Assembly (NCBI GenBank): GCA_965205505.1
Contig: CBDBHB010000009.1
Coordinates: forward strand, 1,920,001-1,984,000
Source: Acidobacteriota bacterium
GTDB taxonomy: Bacteria; Acidobacteriota; UBA890; WLXD01
DNA: 64,000 nt
Reading direction: 5' to 3'
Below are positions 29,710-40,107 of this stretch, piece by piece. Numbering within the stretch: position 1 is the first letter of the stretch; each line of letters starts with the position of its first letter. The notes beneath the pieces were generated by a model. It did not search any database, was not told the DNA's origin, and saw only the letters and a list, made by a program, of their open reading frames with translations. Both the position numbers and the translations under genes were made by a program.

Positions 29710-31046
29710 GCAGCACCGAGGTTTCTATCGCAGATCTCGCCGGCGTAGCGGCTCCACTAATCGTCGTCGAGCCGCCTGGTCCCAAGGCTCAGGCGATTGT
29801 TGCGCGCGACCAGCGGGTGACCTCACCGTCGCTGCCGCGCGCATATCCGTTTGCCCCGCGGCGCGGGAGCGGCTCGGTACTCGAGGACGTCGACGGCAAC
29901 CTGTTCCTCGACTTGAATGCCGGCATCGCGGTCAATGCCACGGGACATTCGCACCCCGCCGTGGTCGAGGCGATTCAGCAGCAGGCGTCCGAGTTGCTGC
30001 ACTACTCGGCGTCGGACTTCTTCCTGCCAATCTACTCCGACGTTTGTCAGCGGCTCGACGAGATCTCGCCGTTCTCAGGGCCGTCGCGCGCTTTTCTCAC
30101 CAACTCGGGTACCGAGGCCGTGGAGGCGGCCCTGAAGCTGGCACGCTACGTCACCGGCAGGCACAACGTGATTGCGTTCTACGGTGCCTTCCACGGTCGC
30201 TCGTACGGCAGCGTCTCGTTGACAGCTTCCAAAGCCAAGTACCACCGGCGTTTCGGACCCCTGCTTCCGGGCGTGTACCACGCTCCGTATGGCGACGGCT
30301 ATGGATGGGGTTTGGGCCTGGCGGAAAGCACCGGGGGATTGGCGAGCATCGATTACATCGAGAAGGTGCTTTTCAAGCACGTTCTGGCAGCCGACGACGT
30401 GGCGGCGATCTTCGTCGAGCCGGTGCAGGGCGAAGGCGGCTACATCTTCCCACCGCAGGAATTCCTGCCCGAGCTGCGGCGGCTGTGCGACGAGCACGGC
30501 ATCCTGCTGGTGGCCGACGAGGTGCAGTCGGGTATGGGCCGTACCGGTAAGACGTGGGCCATCGAGCACTTCGGCGTCGAGCCCGACATCATCCTGTCGG
30601 GCAAGGGCATCGCCAGCGGCATGCCGCTGGGCGCGATGATCGCGCGCGAGGATCTGATGTCCTGGGAGTTCGGTGCGCACGGCTCCACCTACGGGGGATC
30701 GCCGACGCCGTGCGCAGCCGCGCTTGCGACCATCGATCTGATCGAGAACGGCCTCAAGCAGAACGCCGCCGACGTCGGGGCCTATCTGATGGACGGGCTG
30801 CGCGAGCTGCAGTCGAGGCACGACGTGATTCGCGATCTGCGCGGGCTGGGCCTGATGATCGGCGTCGAGTTGCCGAGCCACGACGTGATGGGTCGGATCG
30901 AAAAAGAGGCCTTCAAGCGCGGTTTGCTGATGCTGGGCTGCGGCGACAACGTGATCCGCATCACGCCACCGCTGGTCTTCACTCGACAGCAGGTCGACCG
31001 GGGTCTCGAGGTGTTCGAAGAGGTCCTCGACGCGGTCGACGGGTAG
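29706..31046 (+). CDS. Class III aminotransferase, GabT/omega-amino acid type
   Basis: DVDGN.FLD.NAGIAV, NSGTEAVE, FHGRS, EPVQGEGG, DEVQSGMGRTG, GKGIASG. Confidence 0.92.
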   Translation: MSSTEVSIADLAGVAAPLIVVEPPGPKAQAIVARDQRVTSPSLPRAYPFAPRRGSGSVLEDVDGNLFLDLNAGIAVNATGHSHPAVVEAIQQQASELLHYSASDFFLPIYSDVCQRLDEISPFSGPSRAFLTNSGTEAVEAALKLARYVTGRHNVIAFYGAFHGRSYGSVSLTASKAKYHRRFGPLLPGVYHAPYGDGYGWGLGLAESTGGLASIDYIEKVLFKHVLAADDVAAIFVEPVQGEGGYIFPPQEFLPELRRLCDEHGILLVADEVQSGMGRTGKTWAIEHFGVEPDIILSGKGIASGMPLGAMIAREDLMSWEFGAHGSTYGGSPTPCAAALATIDLIENGLKQNAADVGAYLMDGLRELQSRHDVIRDLRGLGLMIGVELPSHDVMGRIEKEAFKRGLLMLGCGDNVIRITPPLVFTRQQVDRGLEVFEEVLDAVDG

Positions 31047-31054
31047 GGGCGACA

Positions 31055-31972
31055 GTGGGCAAGGTCGTTTCCATGCAGGACGCCGTGCGCGATCTCGTGC
31101 GCGACAGCGACACGGTGGCGATCGAGGGGTTCACCCACCTCATCTGCTTTGCGGCCGGGCACGAGATCATCCGGCAGCGCAAGCGCGACCTGACGCTGGC
31201 GCGCATGACCCCCGATGTGACCTACGACCAGATGATCGCCGCCGGTGTGGCCAGCAAACTGATCTTCTCGTGGTTAGGCAACCCTGGCGTCGGGTCGCTG
31301 CACGCTATTCGCCGTCGTGTAGAGAGGGCTGACCCGGCGCCGCTCGAGATCGAGGAGTACAGCCATTTCGGCATGGTGTGCCGCTACGTGGCAGGGGCCT
31401 CGCGACTGCCGTTCATGCCGCTGCGCTCGTACGAGGAGTCCGACATCCCGTCGGTCAACGATCAGATCCGCTGGGTCGACAACCCCTTTGGCAGCGGTCG
31501 GATCGCCGCCGTGCCGCCGCTGAACGCAGACGTCGCGATCATCCACGCGCAGCGTGCTGACGCTGACGGCAACGCACAAATCTGGGGCCTGCTCGGCTGC
31601 CAGAAGGAGGCCGCGTTCGGTGCCGGGCGCGTCATCCTGGTGGTGGAGGAGCTGGTCAGCGAGCAGACGATCCGCCGCGACCCCAACCGCACGATGATCC
31701 CGGGGATCAAGGTCGATGCGGTTGTTGTCGAGCCGTTCGGGTGTCACCCCTCCTACGTTCAGGGGTACTACGACCGCGACAATGATTTCTACGTAAAGTG
31801 GGACGAGATCGCGCGCGATCCGGACACCCTCGCCACCTGGCTCCAGGAGTGGGTCTACGACCTGTCGTGCCATGCCGACTACGTGGAGAAGTTCGGCGGC
31901 GCCTACTGGGATCGCCTACGCCCAACTGGCCCGGCTCTTTCCGGCGAGGTCGACTATGGAGAGTACGCGTGA
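31055..31972 (+). CDS. catI: CoA-transferase subunit A, 3-oxoadipate CoA-transferase CatI/GctA type
   Basis: EGFTHLI..AAGHEIIRQ, RMTPD..YDQ, FSW.GNPGVGSLH, PSYVQGYYDRDN, as recalled for CatI/PcaI-type enzymes. Confidence 0.8.
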   Translation: MGKVVSMQDAVRDLVRDSDTVAIEGFTHLICFAAGHEIIRQRKRDLTLARMTPDVTYDQMIAAGVASKLIFSWLGNPGVGSLHAIRRRVERADPAPLEIEEYSHFGMVCRYVAGASRLPFMPLRSYEESDIPSVNDQIRWVDNPFGSGRIAAVPPLNADVAIIHAQRADADGNAQIWGLLGCQKEAAFGAGRVILVVEELVSEQTIRRDPNRTMIPGIKVDAVVVEPFGCHPSYVQGYYDRDNDFYVKWDEIARDPDTLATWLQEWVYDLSCHADYVEKFGGAYWDRLRPTGPALSGEVDYGEYA

Positions 31973-32751
31973 GCGCCGCGCTGCCTGACGTGGGCTTCTC
32001 ACGCAAGGAAATGATGATCGTGCAGTCGGCCCGCGCGCTCGAGGGTGAAAAGGTCTGCTTCGTGGGCGTGGGCATGCCGAACATCGCGGTGAATCTCGCC
32101 AAGCGCACTGTCTCGCCCAGTATCCAGATGGTCTACGAGGCGGGTGTATTCGGCGCAGCGCCGGCGCGGCTACCGCTGTCGATCGGTGACCCGACGCTGG
32201 TCACCGGGGCGACGGCGGCGACGAGCATGTTCGAGCTCTTCGCCTACTACCTGGCGGCTGGCCTTATCGATGTGGGCTTCCTGCAGGGAGCCCAGATCGA
32301 CCGCTACGGCAACCTCAACAGCACCGTCATTGGCGACTATGAGGAGCCCAAGGTGCGTTTGCCCGGCTCGGGAGGCGCCTGTGAGATCGCCATCAACGCC
32401 CGGCGCATCTTCATCATCATGCCGCAGAGTCGGCGTTCGTTCGTGCAGCAGCTGAGCTTCCAGACCTCGCCGGGACACAATCCCGATCCACAGGTCGAGC
32501 GCGCCCGTGGCTGGCTCGGGACCGGGCCGCAGGTGGTCATCACGGATCTCGGCGAGTACCACTTCGAGGGGGCCACCGGCGAGATGACGCTTACTTCGCT
32601 CCACCCCGGCGTGTCGCTGGACGAGATCCGCCGCAATACCGGCTGGGAAATGAAAGTGGCTGACGATCTGCGCGACACGCCTGCGCCCAGCGCCGAGGAG
32701 CTACGGCTGATCCGCGAGGAGCTCGATGCCGACGGGATCTACTCGCGATGA
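31969..32751 (+). CDS. catJ: CoA-transferase subunit B, CatJ/GctB type
   Basis: CFVGVG.P, YEAG, LPLSIGD, GAQIDRYGNLN, VRLPGSGGA.EIA. Confidence 0.8.
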   Translation: MSAALPDVGFSRKEMMIVQSARALEGEKVCFVGVGMPNIAVNLAKRTVSPSIQMVYEAGVFGAAPARLPLSIGDPTLVTGATAATSMFELFAYYLAAGLIDVGFLQGAQIDRYGNLNSTVIGDYEEPKVRLPGSGGACEIAINARRIFIIMPQSRRSFVQQLSFQTSPGHNPDPQVERARGWLGTGPQVVITDLGEYHFEGATGEMTLTSLHPGVSLDEIRRNTGWEMKVADDLRDTPAPSAEELRLIREELDADGIYSR

Positions 32752-34064
32752 GCCACATTTTCCGGCGGGCGGCCGCGGACATGCCGGCGGCGTGCGCCGC
32801 CGAGGGTGTATGGATCACTGACGAGCACGGCAACCGCTATCTCGACGACGCCGGCGGCGCCGTGGTGGTGAATGTCGGCCACGGCGTGCCCGAGATCCGG
32901 CGCGCCATGCTGGAGCAGGTCGAACGCGTGTCGTACGTACACGGCACCGAGTTCACCACTGCCGCTCTCGAGGAGCTGGGGGACAAGCTCGCCCCCCTGC
33001 TACCCATGGAGGCGCCGTCAATCTACCCGGTTTCGGGCGGGTCAGAGGCTGTCGAGACCGCGTTCAAGATGGCGAGGGCCTTCCACCTGGCAAACGGAGA
33101 GGATGGTCGGCACAAGATCATCAGCCGCTGGGGCTCTTACCACGGCAACACCCGGGCGGCCCTCGCCGTCAGCGGTCGCGCGCCGCTGCGCGCCCCGTAC
33201 CTACCCTGTCTCGATAGCGCGATCCACGTGCCGGCGGTATATGAGTATCGCTGCCCGATGCCGACGCATCCGCGCGCCTGCGGCGCGGCGCACGCAGCGG
33301 AGCTCGACCGGGCCATTACGGAAGAGGGCGCCGATACGGTAGCGGGCTTCATCGCCGAGCCGATCGGCGGTGCGACGCTCGGTGCCGTCGTGCCACCGGA
33401 CGACTACTGGCCGGCGATCGCCCAGGTCTGCCAGCGCCACGGCGTCCTGCTCATCGCCGACGAGGTGATGACCGGTTTCGGTAGAACGGGAGCTTGGTTC
33501 GGTGTCGACCACTGGGATGTGCAGCCCGATCTCATCGCCAGCGGCAAGGGCTGCTCGTCGGGCTACTGGCCCCTCGGGCTGACGATCGCCAGCGGGCGCG
33601 TGGCGGCCGCACTGGACGAGGGCGGGTTCGTGCACGGCTTCACCTACTCGCACCATGCCGTCGGCGCGGCCGTCGGGGTAGCGGTGATCGATCGTCTGGT
33701 GGCAGGCGGCCTTGTAGCGCAGTCGCGCGACAAAGGGGAACGTCTCAAGGCCCTGCTCGTGGAGCAATTGTCGAGCAGCCCGTACGTGGGCGAGGTGCGC
33801 GGCCGCGGCCTGCTCGTGGCAGTGGAGCTAGTCGCGGATCGCCACACGCGCGAGCCCTTCCCGCGATCGTCCCGGGTCACCGAGCGCGTGCTCGCGGCGT
33901 GCAAGGCAGAGGGCTTGCTGGTCTATCCGGGAACCGGCATGGTCAACGGCACCGACGGCGACGCGATCCTGTTCGGCCCGCCGTTCGTCATCTCCGACAG
34001 CGAGTTGGATCAGGTAGTCGAGATCACCGCGCAGGTGCTGGGAGCCCTCGAGACGTTGCCATAG
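32748..34064 (+). CDS. Class III aminotransferase, YodT-like
   Basis: YLD..GGAVV.NVGHG, SGGSEAVETA.K, ISRW.SYHG, AEPIGGA, DEVMTG.GRTG, GLLVYP..G...G..GDA. Confidence 0.88.
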   Translation: MSHIFRRAAADMPAACAAEGVWITDEHGNRYLDDAGGAVVVNVGHGVPEIRRAMLEQVERVSYVHGTEFTTAALEELGDKLAPLLPMEAPSIYPVSGGSEAVETAFKMARAFHLANGEDGRHKIISRWGSYHGNTRAALAVSGRAPLRAPYLPCLDSAIHVPAVYEYRCPMPTHPRACGAAHAAELDRAITEEGADTVAGFIAEPIGGATLGAVVPPDDYWPAIAQVCQRHGVLLIADEVMTGFGRTGAWFGVDHWDVQPDLIASGKGCSSGYWPLGLTIASGRVAAALDEGGFVHGFTYSHHAVGAAVGVAVIDRLVAGGLVAQSRDKGERLKALLVEQLSSSPYVGEVRGRGLLVAVELVADRHTREPFPRSSRVTERVLAACKAEGLLVYPGTGMVNGTDGDAILFGPPFVISDSELDQVVEITAQVLGALETLP

Positions 34065-34107
34065 TGGCGTCGACGATCGGCGGGCGCGCCTGACCACTCC
34101 TTCGGGT

Positions 34108-37100
34108 TCACTCCTCCTCTTCGTCCTCTCCCTCGGGCTTCGGCGGGCGCGGGCGATCGAGCCAGAGCCGTACTCCACCGCTCCAGTGGCCAGTGCCATT
34201 GCGGTCGACGCTGTGCTCGCCCTCGTACAGGTAGTCGAGGATTGCCTTGTCCCACTGCAGGCCGGCGGTGGCCACGATCTTCATCCAGTCACCGTAGGCG
34301 GTCTCGTCGGGGGCCTCGGTGCCGCCGGTCCAGATCGTCACCTTCGGGTTGAAACCACCTCCGAAGGCGCCGCCTTCGCCGGATCGGCCGCCCTTGAGCG
34401 GCATCTGCACGTTGACCCCATCGGTCATGTCCTGTCGATAGATGATGGGCTCGTAGTCGCTTCCGTAGCGGTTGTATCGATCGTAGGCGCGCTCGTTCAT
34501 CGCCCGCACATCCTCGGCGGCGTTGATGTAGCGGGTGACGTAGTCACGGATGCTGAAGGCGGCGTCCTTGTGGCGCGGGAACTTGGGATCGTCCAGGTAG
34601 CCGAAGCCGGGAATGAACCAGCCTCGATTGACGCTCCAGTTGCGCTCGGTGATGCGGCCCCGACGTACCAGCCCGGCGTACTCCGAGAACAGCTGCACCA
34701 CTTCGTGCGACGGGTACCCGTGCGGGTTGAGAAAGATATCCGGGAGCCAGGTTCTCCATAGTGTCGGTCGGACCTTGGACTCCGGGTAGATGGGCATGTC
34801 CTCGCGACCCCCGTTCGTCGCATCCTGACCGAGCGCGCCGAGGTAGCCGGCGTGGAGGATGAAATCGGGAGTGATCTCGTACAGGTCGTAGGCTAGCTGG
34901 GCCCCATCCGGGTTGGTGAACGGATGAATGATCACGTTCACATCGAGGAGCTTTTTCTTGAACTCCTCGTCGGTCAGCAGCAGCTCGGCGAGCTTCAGCA
35001 CGTGGCTGGTCGACGAGACCTCGTTGGCATGCTGGCGGGCCGAGTAGACCACCGTCGGCTTGTGCGTCGTGAGCTTGTAGCGCGACCAGTGGCTGGCCTC
35101 GATGGGGGGCATCAAGAGCATCGCCCATATGTCCTTGCCGAGGTAGCTGCGGCCTGCGTGGTACATCGTCGCTTCGGGGAACGTCGACATGCGCGCCAGA
35201 ATCGCGTGCCCCTCGGGCGGCGGGATGGGTGTGTCCCACTGCACCATCTCCTCGCCCGCATAGCTGTAGCCGGCCCCCGGAAGCAATGCCGCGATGGTCG
35301 GATAGGCAGCCGGCGTGCCGTTGGCGTCGAGCGTGGCGACCTCCTGCGTGTCGCGATCGATCTCCCACTCCCACCCGGCGGCGAGACGAATCGTTCGTAG
35401 GCCATGGAACGCGAGCTCGGTGTCGTAGAGGCTGTGAGCGCGCAGCTCCTCGAGGTTGTCGATCATCGACGTTGCCTGGACAGCGCTCATGACGCGGCGG
35501 TCGACCTGGAACTCGTCGGCCTGTTGCAACAGGTCGGCGCGTTGGTCGTCCTCGAAGTCCACCTTGACCCGCATGTCGAGGCTGTCGAGGCCCACCTGCC
35601 CGGCGCGCACGGTCGCGGCGAGGGCGCTAGGTCGTTCCACCGTAACCACAGGGATATCGCGACGTAGCTGTCCGTTGGTGCCGTCGGCGTCGGTATAGTC
35701 GATTATTACGGCAGGTCGGCTGGTGGCGAATCCAGTCAGGCGGATCTTCGCCCAACCGGCCTCGCCACTACTGTTGGGCCGCATGATCGGGATAACCCGT
35801 CCGATGTGGCTGAGCTCCTCACCCCGCGCCATGCGCCCCAGGATGCGGAAGAAGAAGAGGGTGGGGAAGTAGATCTCCTCGTGGAGAGAGTCGAGCGACG
35901 AGATATACTCCTTGTCGATCCCGAGCAGATAGTCGGGCTCGCTCAGGCTTACCTCGACGGTGAGCTCACCGAAGTACGGCGCGTCGGCGCTCCGCGGGTT
36001 GCCGTCGTGTACCTCCGTGACATGGTCGTAGAGTCCGCTCAGCGTTTTCGACTGATAGTGGTCCCAGAAACTCTCGATGTCGGTGACGATGCGCTCATCG
36101 ATCAAGGTACTGTCGCCGCTGTACGCGGCGATCCAGCCGGTGGAGACGCGAACTAGCTCGTAGTCGTCGAAACGCTCGTAGTACGGCTGCAGGACATATC
36201 TCGGCTCGAACGTCCTTCGTAATAACTCGGCACCGCTCGTTGAGGTCACGACGACCTCGTAGGTGGGAGCGTCGATGGGTGCCATCTGGAAGTCGATGAG
36301 CTCCGGGTCCAACGACAGGTCGGCCGACATGACCTCGTCGACCGGCCAGATCTCCTTGAGCCAACGGACCTTGCTGTACATTGCCTGCTGCGGCCAGTCC
36401 TCCGGCGGACCGGTCTCGGCGAAGTTCACGCGGATGCCGCCGATTGCCTGATCGGCGCCGCCCGACTGCAGCCGCTGGAGCTCCGGTACGATCACCTCAC
36501 GTAGCCACGAGAAGCCCTGTTTGACGGCCGACAGCACGGTCACTTCCGTGGCGTTCGCGTCGGCTCCTGCTTCGATCAGCAGATCGCGGGCTTGCTGGGC
36601 AATCCGTTGGCGCACCTCGTGCGGCTCGCTGAGCCGCGCTTCCATACGCACCGGCTGACCGCGGCGCACGCCCGGGACAACCTGCGAACGGAATCGGGTC
36701 CAGAAAGCTTCGACCTCTGAGGGAATTTCGATCTGCTCCTCGCTGAGCACGGTGGCCTTCTGGACGTCGCGATCGTCCAGGTGCACCGAGAGGTTGGCGA
36801 TGTTCAGAGGTGCGAGCCGCTGGCGTACGATCGCTTCCAGCCCCGGCTCGATCTTCTCGAGCGAGACCGTGACATCGGCGGAGTCGATCTGCTCGCCCTG
36901 CAGCTCCTCGACCATGCGGTCGATCTTGTAGAGTGCGGTGGCTGCCTGGCCTCCCGGGCTGCGTTGCGACAGGAATCGCCACACCGCCAGCTCAACTGCG
37001 TCGACCGTCGACCGATCCTGGCCGCGCTCCGACAGGTTGGGGAAGCGCTCCGAAAGCTGCTCCAGCGCCCGCGCCACACCCGCGGCGTCACCGCCGGTAA

Positions 37101-38401
37101 CGACGACCGCACGCTTGTCGCCGAAAGCGCTGGGCACCACCTCGATGAGTCCCTCACCGGCTGCGAGCGCCTCGATGCGTCCCGGCGCCAGCTTGTCACC
37201 GTCCACGAGGTCGGCGATCAGCGGATGATCGAGACCGATGATCACCAGCGTCGGCTCGCTCCCGGCCTTATCGATCTGATCCGGGGTGCGACCGAGAGGC
37301 AAGGTGACTCCTGCCGACTCCAGACCGAGGCGCGCGGCCAGGTCGATCGTTCCATCCACACCCGGACCGGAGGCGCTCAGCACCGCATCGATGCGGTCGG
37401 GAATCACGTTGTTGTCGCTGTCTCCGAGCAAGCCCTCGGCGTCGAACAGCGTCGACAGGTCGAGGTCATCCTTGCCCCCCGACCCCGGACGCGCTGGGGT
37501 GGGACGCGACGGAGCCTCCGGCTCAACGCGTGGGATCTCCACAGCGACCGCGGCTCTGTCTAGCGCCGTCAACGCAACGTGCAGGCGCTCAGCACCGGCG
37601 TACGACAGCAGCTCGGACGGGTCGTTGTCGTCGCCCTCATCGTCATCTTCCACGGCGCTGGCGAGGCGTCGCGACGGCACCTCCGTCAGGGCGGTTCGCG
37701 CCCCTTCGACGTCGGACGCGGACAGACGCACGACCACGTCTACCGAGGAGAAGACGCCGTCGTTGCCGTCCTCGGCGTGGATTGTCGACACGTTGACCGC
37801 CTGCACCACGATCCCTTCGTCACCCAGGTATGCCGCGATATCCGCCGTCAGGTCGGCGAGCGTGGTGCCCTTGGCCGTGCCCACGTGCGGCAGGCGACCG
37901 GCAAAGGCTGCTGCAGCGGCGCGGGTGCCGGCGTCGTCGGCTCCGGCGATCACCAGCCAGTCCCGCCCTTGGGAGCGGATCCGCGTGACCAGCCCGGCGC
38001 CCGGATCCAGCTCGTCGAGGGTCGGGACGCTGAGCCCGAGGCGTTGGGTGCCGCCGCGCCCGACGACGATGCCGACGCTGCCCTCCGGCGCGTCTCGGGG
38101 TACCGGAATGTCCATGGCCATGGTCTCGAATCCGAGCCGAGCTGCGATATCGACGGCCGCCGCCAGGTCGGAATCCGAGCGTTCCAGGCCTAGAACGATG
38201 CCGGTGTCGACGAAGTCGACGACCTCATCGCCGTTTCGATCCTGGAAGATCAACCCGGTATCGAACAGGCTCTCGAGGCCCGCCGCGGCTGCCGCCTGCT
38301 TGGCCGCCAGCCGGTGTCGGGACGCCAACGGCGCCAAGGATCGCGACGAATGCGACGACGAGAGGTCTCCAGAGGCCATTCATGATGCGGGGTCGGATCA
38401 T
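34108..38401 (-). CDS. Giant secreted M14 zinc carboxypeptidase-family protein; signal peptide separated by a frameshift
   Basis: C-terminal ARQHANE, NPDG, LNPHG zinc motifs; two N-terminal repeats; GGAGA RBS with ATG 38401 encodes a signal peptide out of frame with the 1423 aa ORF. Confidence 0.8.
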
Positions 38402-38410
38402 CGTTGTCTC

Positions 38411-38446
38411 CTAGCAGGGTGCTGAAAAACTCTGGTGGGTCTGGTT
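38411..38446. repeat. Solo MITE end (TIR type B)
   Basis: CTAGCAGGGTGCTGAAAAACTCTGGTGGGTCTGGTT, matching the ends at 52724 and 55730. Confidence 0.8.
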
Positions 38447-38517
38447 GTGGCTAGGTTCGTCGTCGTGAATCGCTGCTTCTCGCGAGTTGCTGCCGTCAGC
38501 TTGCTGGCGCCGGAACC

Positions 38518-40107
38518 TCAAGTTGCCCCGAAGCCACCCCCGCCAGGGGTGCGCACGCTGATGATGTCTCCAGCCTGGAGCAAGGTGGTCACCTTGCTCG
38601 GAAGCTCGCGCTCGTCGTCGCCACTGATGAGGACGTTGCGCCCCGGGCGCCCCGAGCCGCCTCCCTGCAGGCCGTAGGGCCCTTCGACGCGACGATCGCT
38701 GAGAATGGTCAGCTGTGCCGGAACGAGCAACTGAATGTCGCGGCGAATCCCATCGCCGCCGCGCCAGGTGCCGGATCCGCCAGAGCCGCGGCGGATCTCG
38801 TAGCGCGTGACGCGGTAGGGGTAGGCGTGCTCGAGAGCTTCTATGGGCGTGTTCAGGCTGTTGGTCATATGTGTGTGAGTGGCGTCGAGGCCATCGGCGT
38901 GCGGCCGCGCGCCCATCCCCCCGGCGACGGTCTCGTAGTAGGCGAATTGCGCCCCGGACAGATCGATCCCGCCGAGCGTGGTGTTGTTCATGGTGCCGCT
39001 GCTGGCAGCCGGTATGATCTCCGGGATCGCCTGGGCCAGCGCGCCGAGGACCGTGTCGACGATGCGCTGCGAGGTCTCGACGTTGCCCGCGGCCATGGCG
39101 GATGGCTCCTGGGCGTTGACCAGGCAGCCGTCCGGAGCCACGACCTCCAGCGGTAACAGCGTCCCGTGGTTCGATGGAATCGGGAACGGAACGATGACGC
39201 GAAAGCAATAGAAGACAGCCGCCAGCGCGATGGCGTAGTTGGCGTTGATGCTGCCTTGCGCCTGCGGCGCTGTGCCGGCGAAGTCGACGCGCGCGTTGTC
39301 GCCGTGGATGGTGATGGTCACCACGATGGCGAGCGGGCCGTTGCCTTGGCCGTCGTCGTCCATGCAATCCTCGAACCGATAGGTCCCGTCTGGTATCTGA
39401 CGGATCGCCTCGCGCGTCATGCGCTCGGCATAGGTCATCAGGTGACCCATGTAGGCCTGCACGACGTCGAGACCGTACTTGCCCACCATTGAAAGTAGGC
39501 GGCGCAGCCCGGTGCGATTCGAGGCGATTTGTGCGGTGAGGTCCCCCTCGCGCTCACGTGGGGTGCGCACGTTGGAGAGGATCATCGACATCACGTCGCC
39601 CACCAGCTCGCCACCACGTACCAGATGGACCGGCGGGATACGGATCCCCTCCTGGTAGATGGAGGTCGCCAGCGGCATGGACCCGGGAGTCATGCCGCCG
39701 ACGTCGGAGTGGTGCGCGCGGTTGGCGACATAAAACGTCGGCTCGGTGGCGCCTTCGACGAATACCGCCTCGACGAGCGTGATATCGGGCAAATGGGTGC
39801 CACCGCGGAAAGGATCGTTGACTACCACTACATCGCCCGGGCCCATGCTCGTGTCCTGGATCGCCGCCGCAACCGAGAGCGGCATCGAGCCCAGGTGAAC
39901 AGGCATGTGATCGCCCTGGGCAACTACGCGCCCGGCACCGTCGAAGATGGCGCACGAATAGTCGCGGCGCTCCTTGATATTGGGGGAGAAGGACGTTCGG
40001 CACAGGGCCACGCCCATCTCTTCCGCTGCCGAGTGGAAGAGGTTGCGGAATACCTCCAGCTGAATGGGGTCGTATTCCGCTTGTGCTTCCGTGGGCTGCG
40101 AGCTCAT
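38518..40107 (-). CDS. Hydantoinase B/5-oxoprolinase subunit
   Basis: SPNIKERRDYSCA, HMPVHLGSM, NDPF.GGTHLPD, RAHHSDVGG, GTMNN, TPGGGGFG. Confidence 0.93.
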   Translation of the reverse strand: MSSQPTEAQAEYDPIQLEVFRNLFHSAAEEMGVALCRTSFSPNIKERRDYSCAIFDGAGRVVAQGDHMPVHLGSMPLSVAAAIQDTSMGPGDVVVVNDPFRGGTHLPDITLVEAVFVEGATEPTFYVANRAHHSDVGGMTPGSMPLATSIYQEGIRIPPVHLVRGGELVGDVMSMILSNVRTPREREGDLTAQIASNRTGLRRLLSMVGKYGLDVVQAYMGHLMTYAERMTREAIRQIPDGTYRFEDCMDDDGQGNGPLAIVVTITIHGDNARVDFAGTAPQAQGSINANYAIALAAVFYCFRVIVPFPIPSNHGTLLPLEVVAPDGCLVNAQEPSAMAAGNVETSQRIVDTVLGALAQAIPEIIPAASSGTMNNTTLGGIDLSGAQFAYYETVAGGMGARPHADGLDATHTHMTNSLNTPIEALEHAYPYRVTRYEIRRGSGGSGTWRGGDGIRRDIQLLVPAQLTILSDRRVEGPYGLQGGGSGRPGRNVLISGDDERELPSKVTTLLQAGDIISVRTPGGGGFGAT

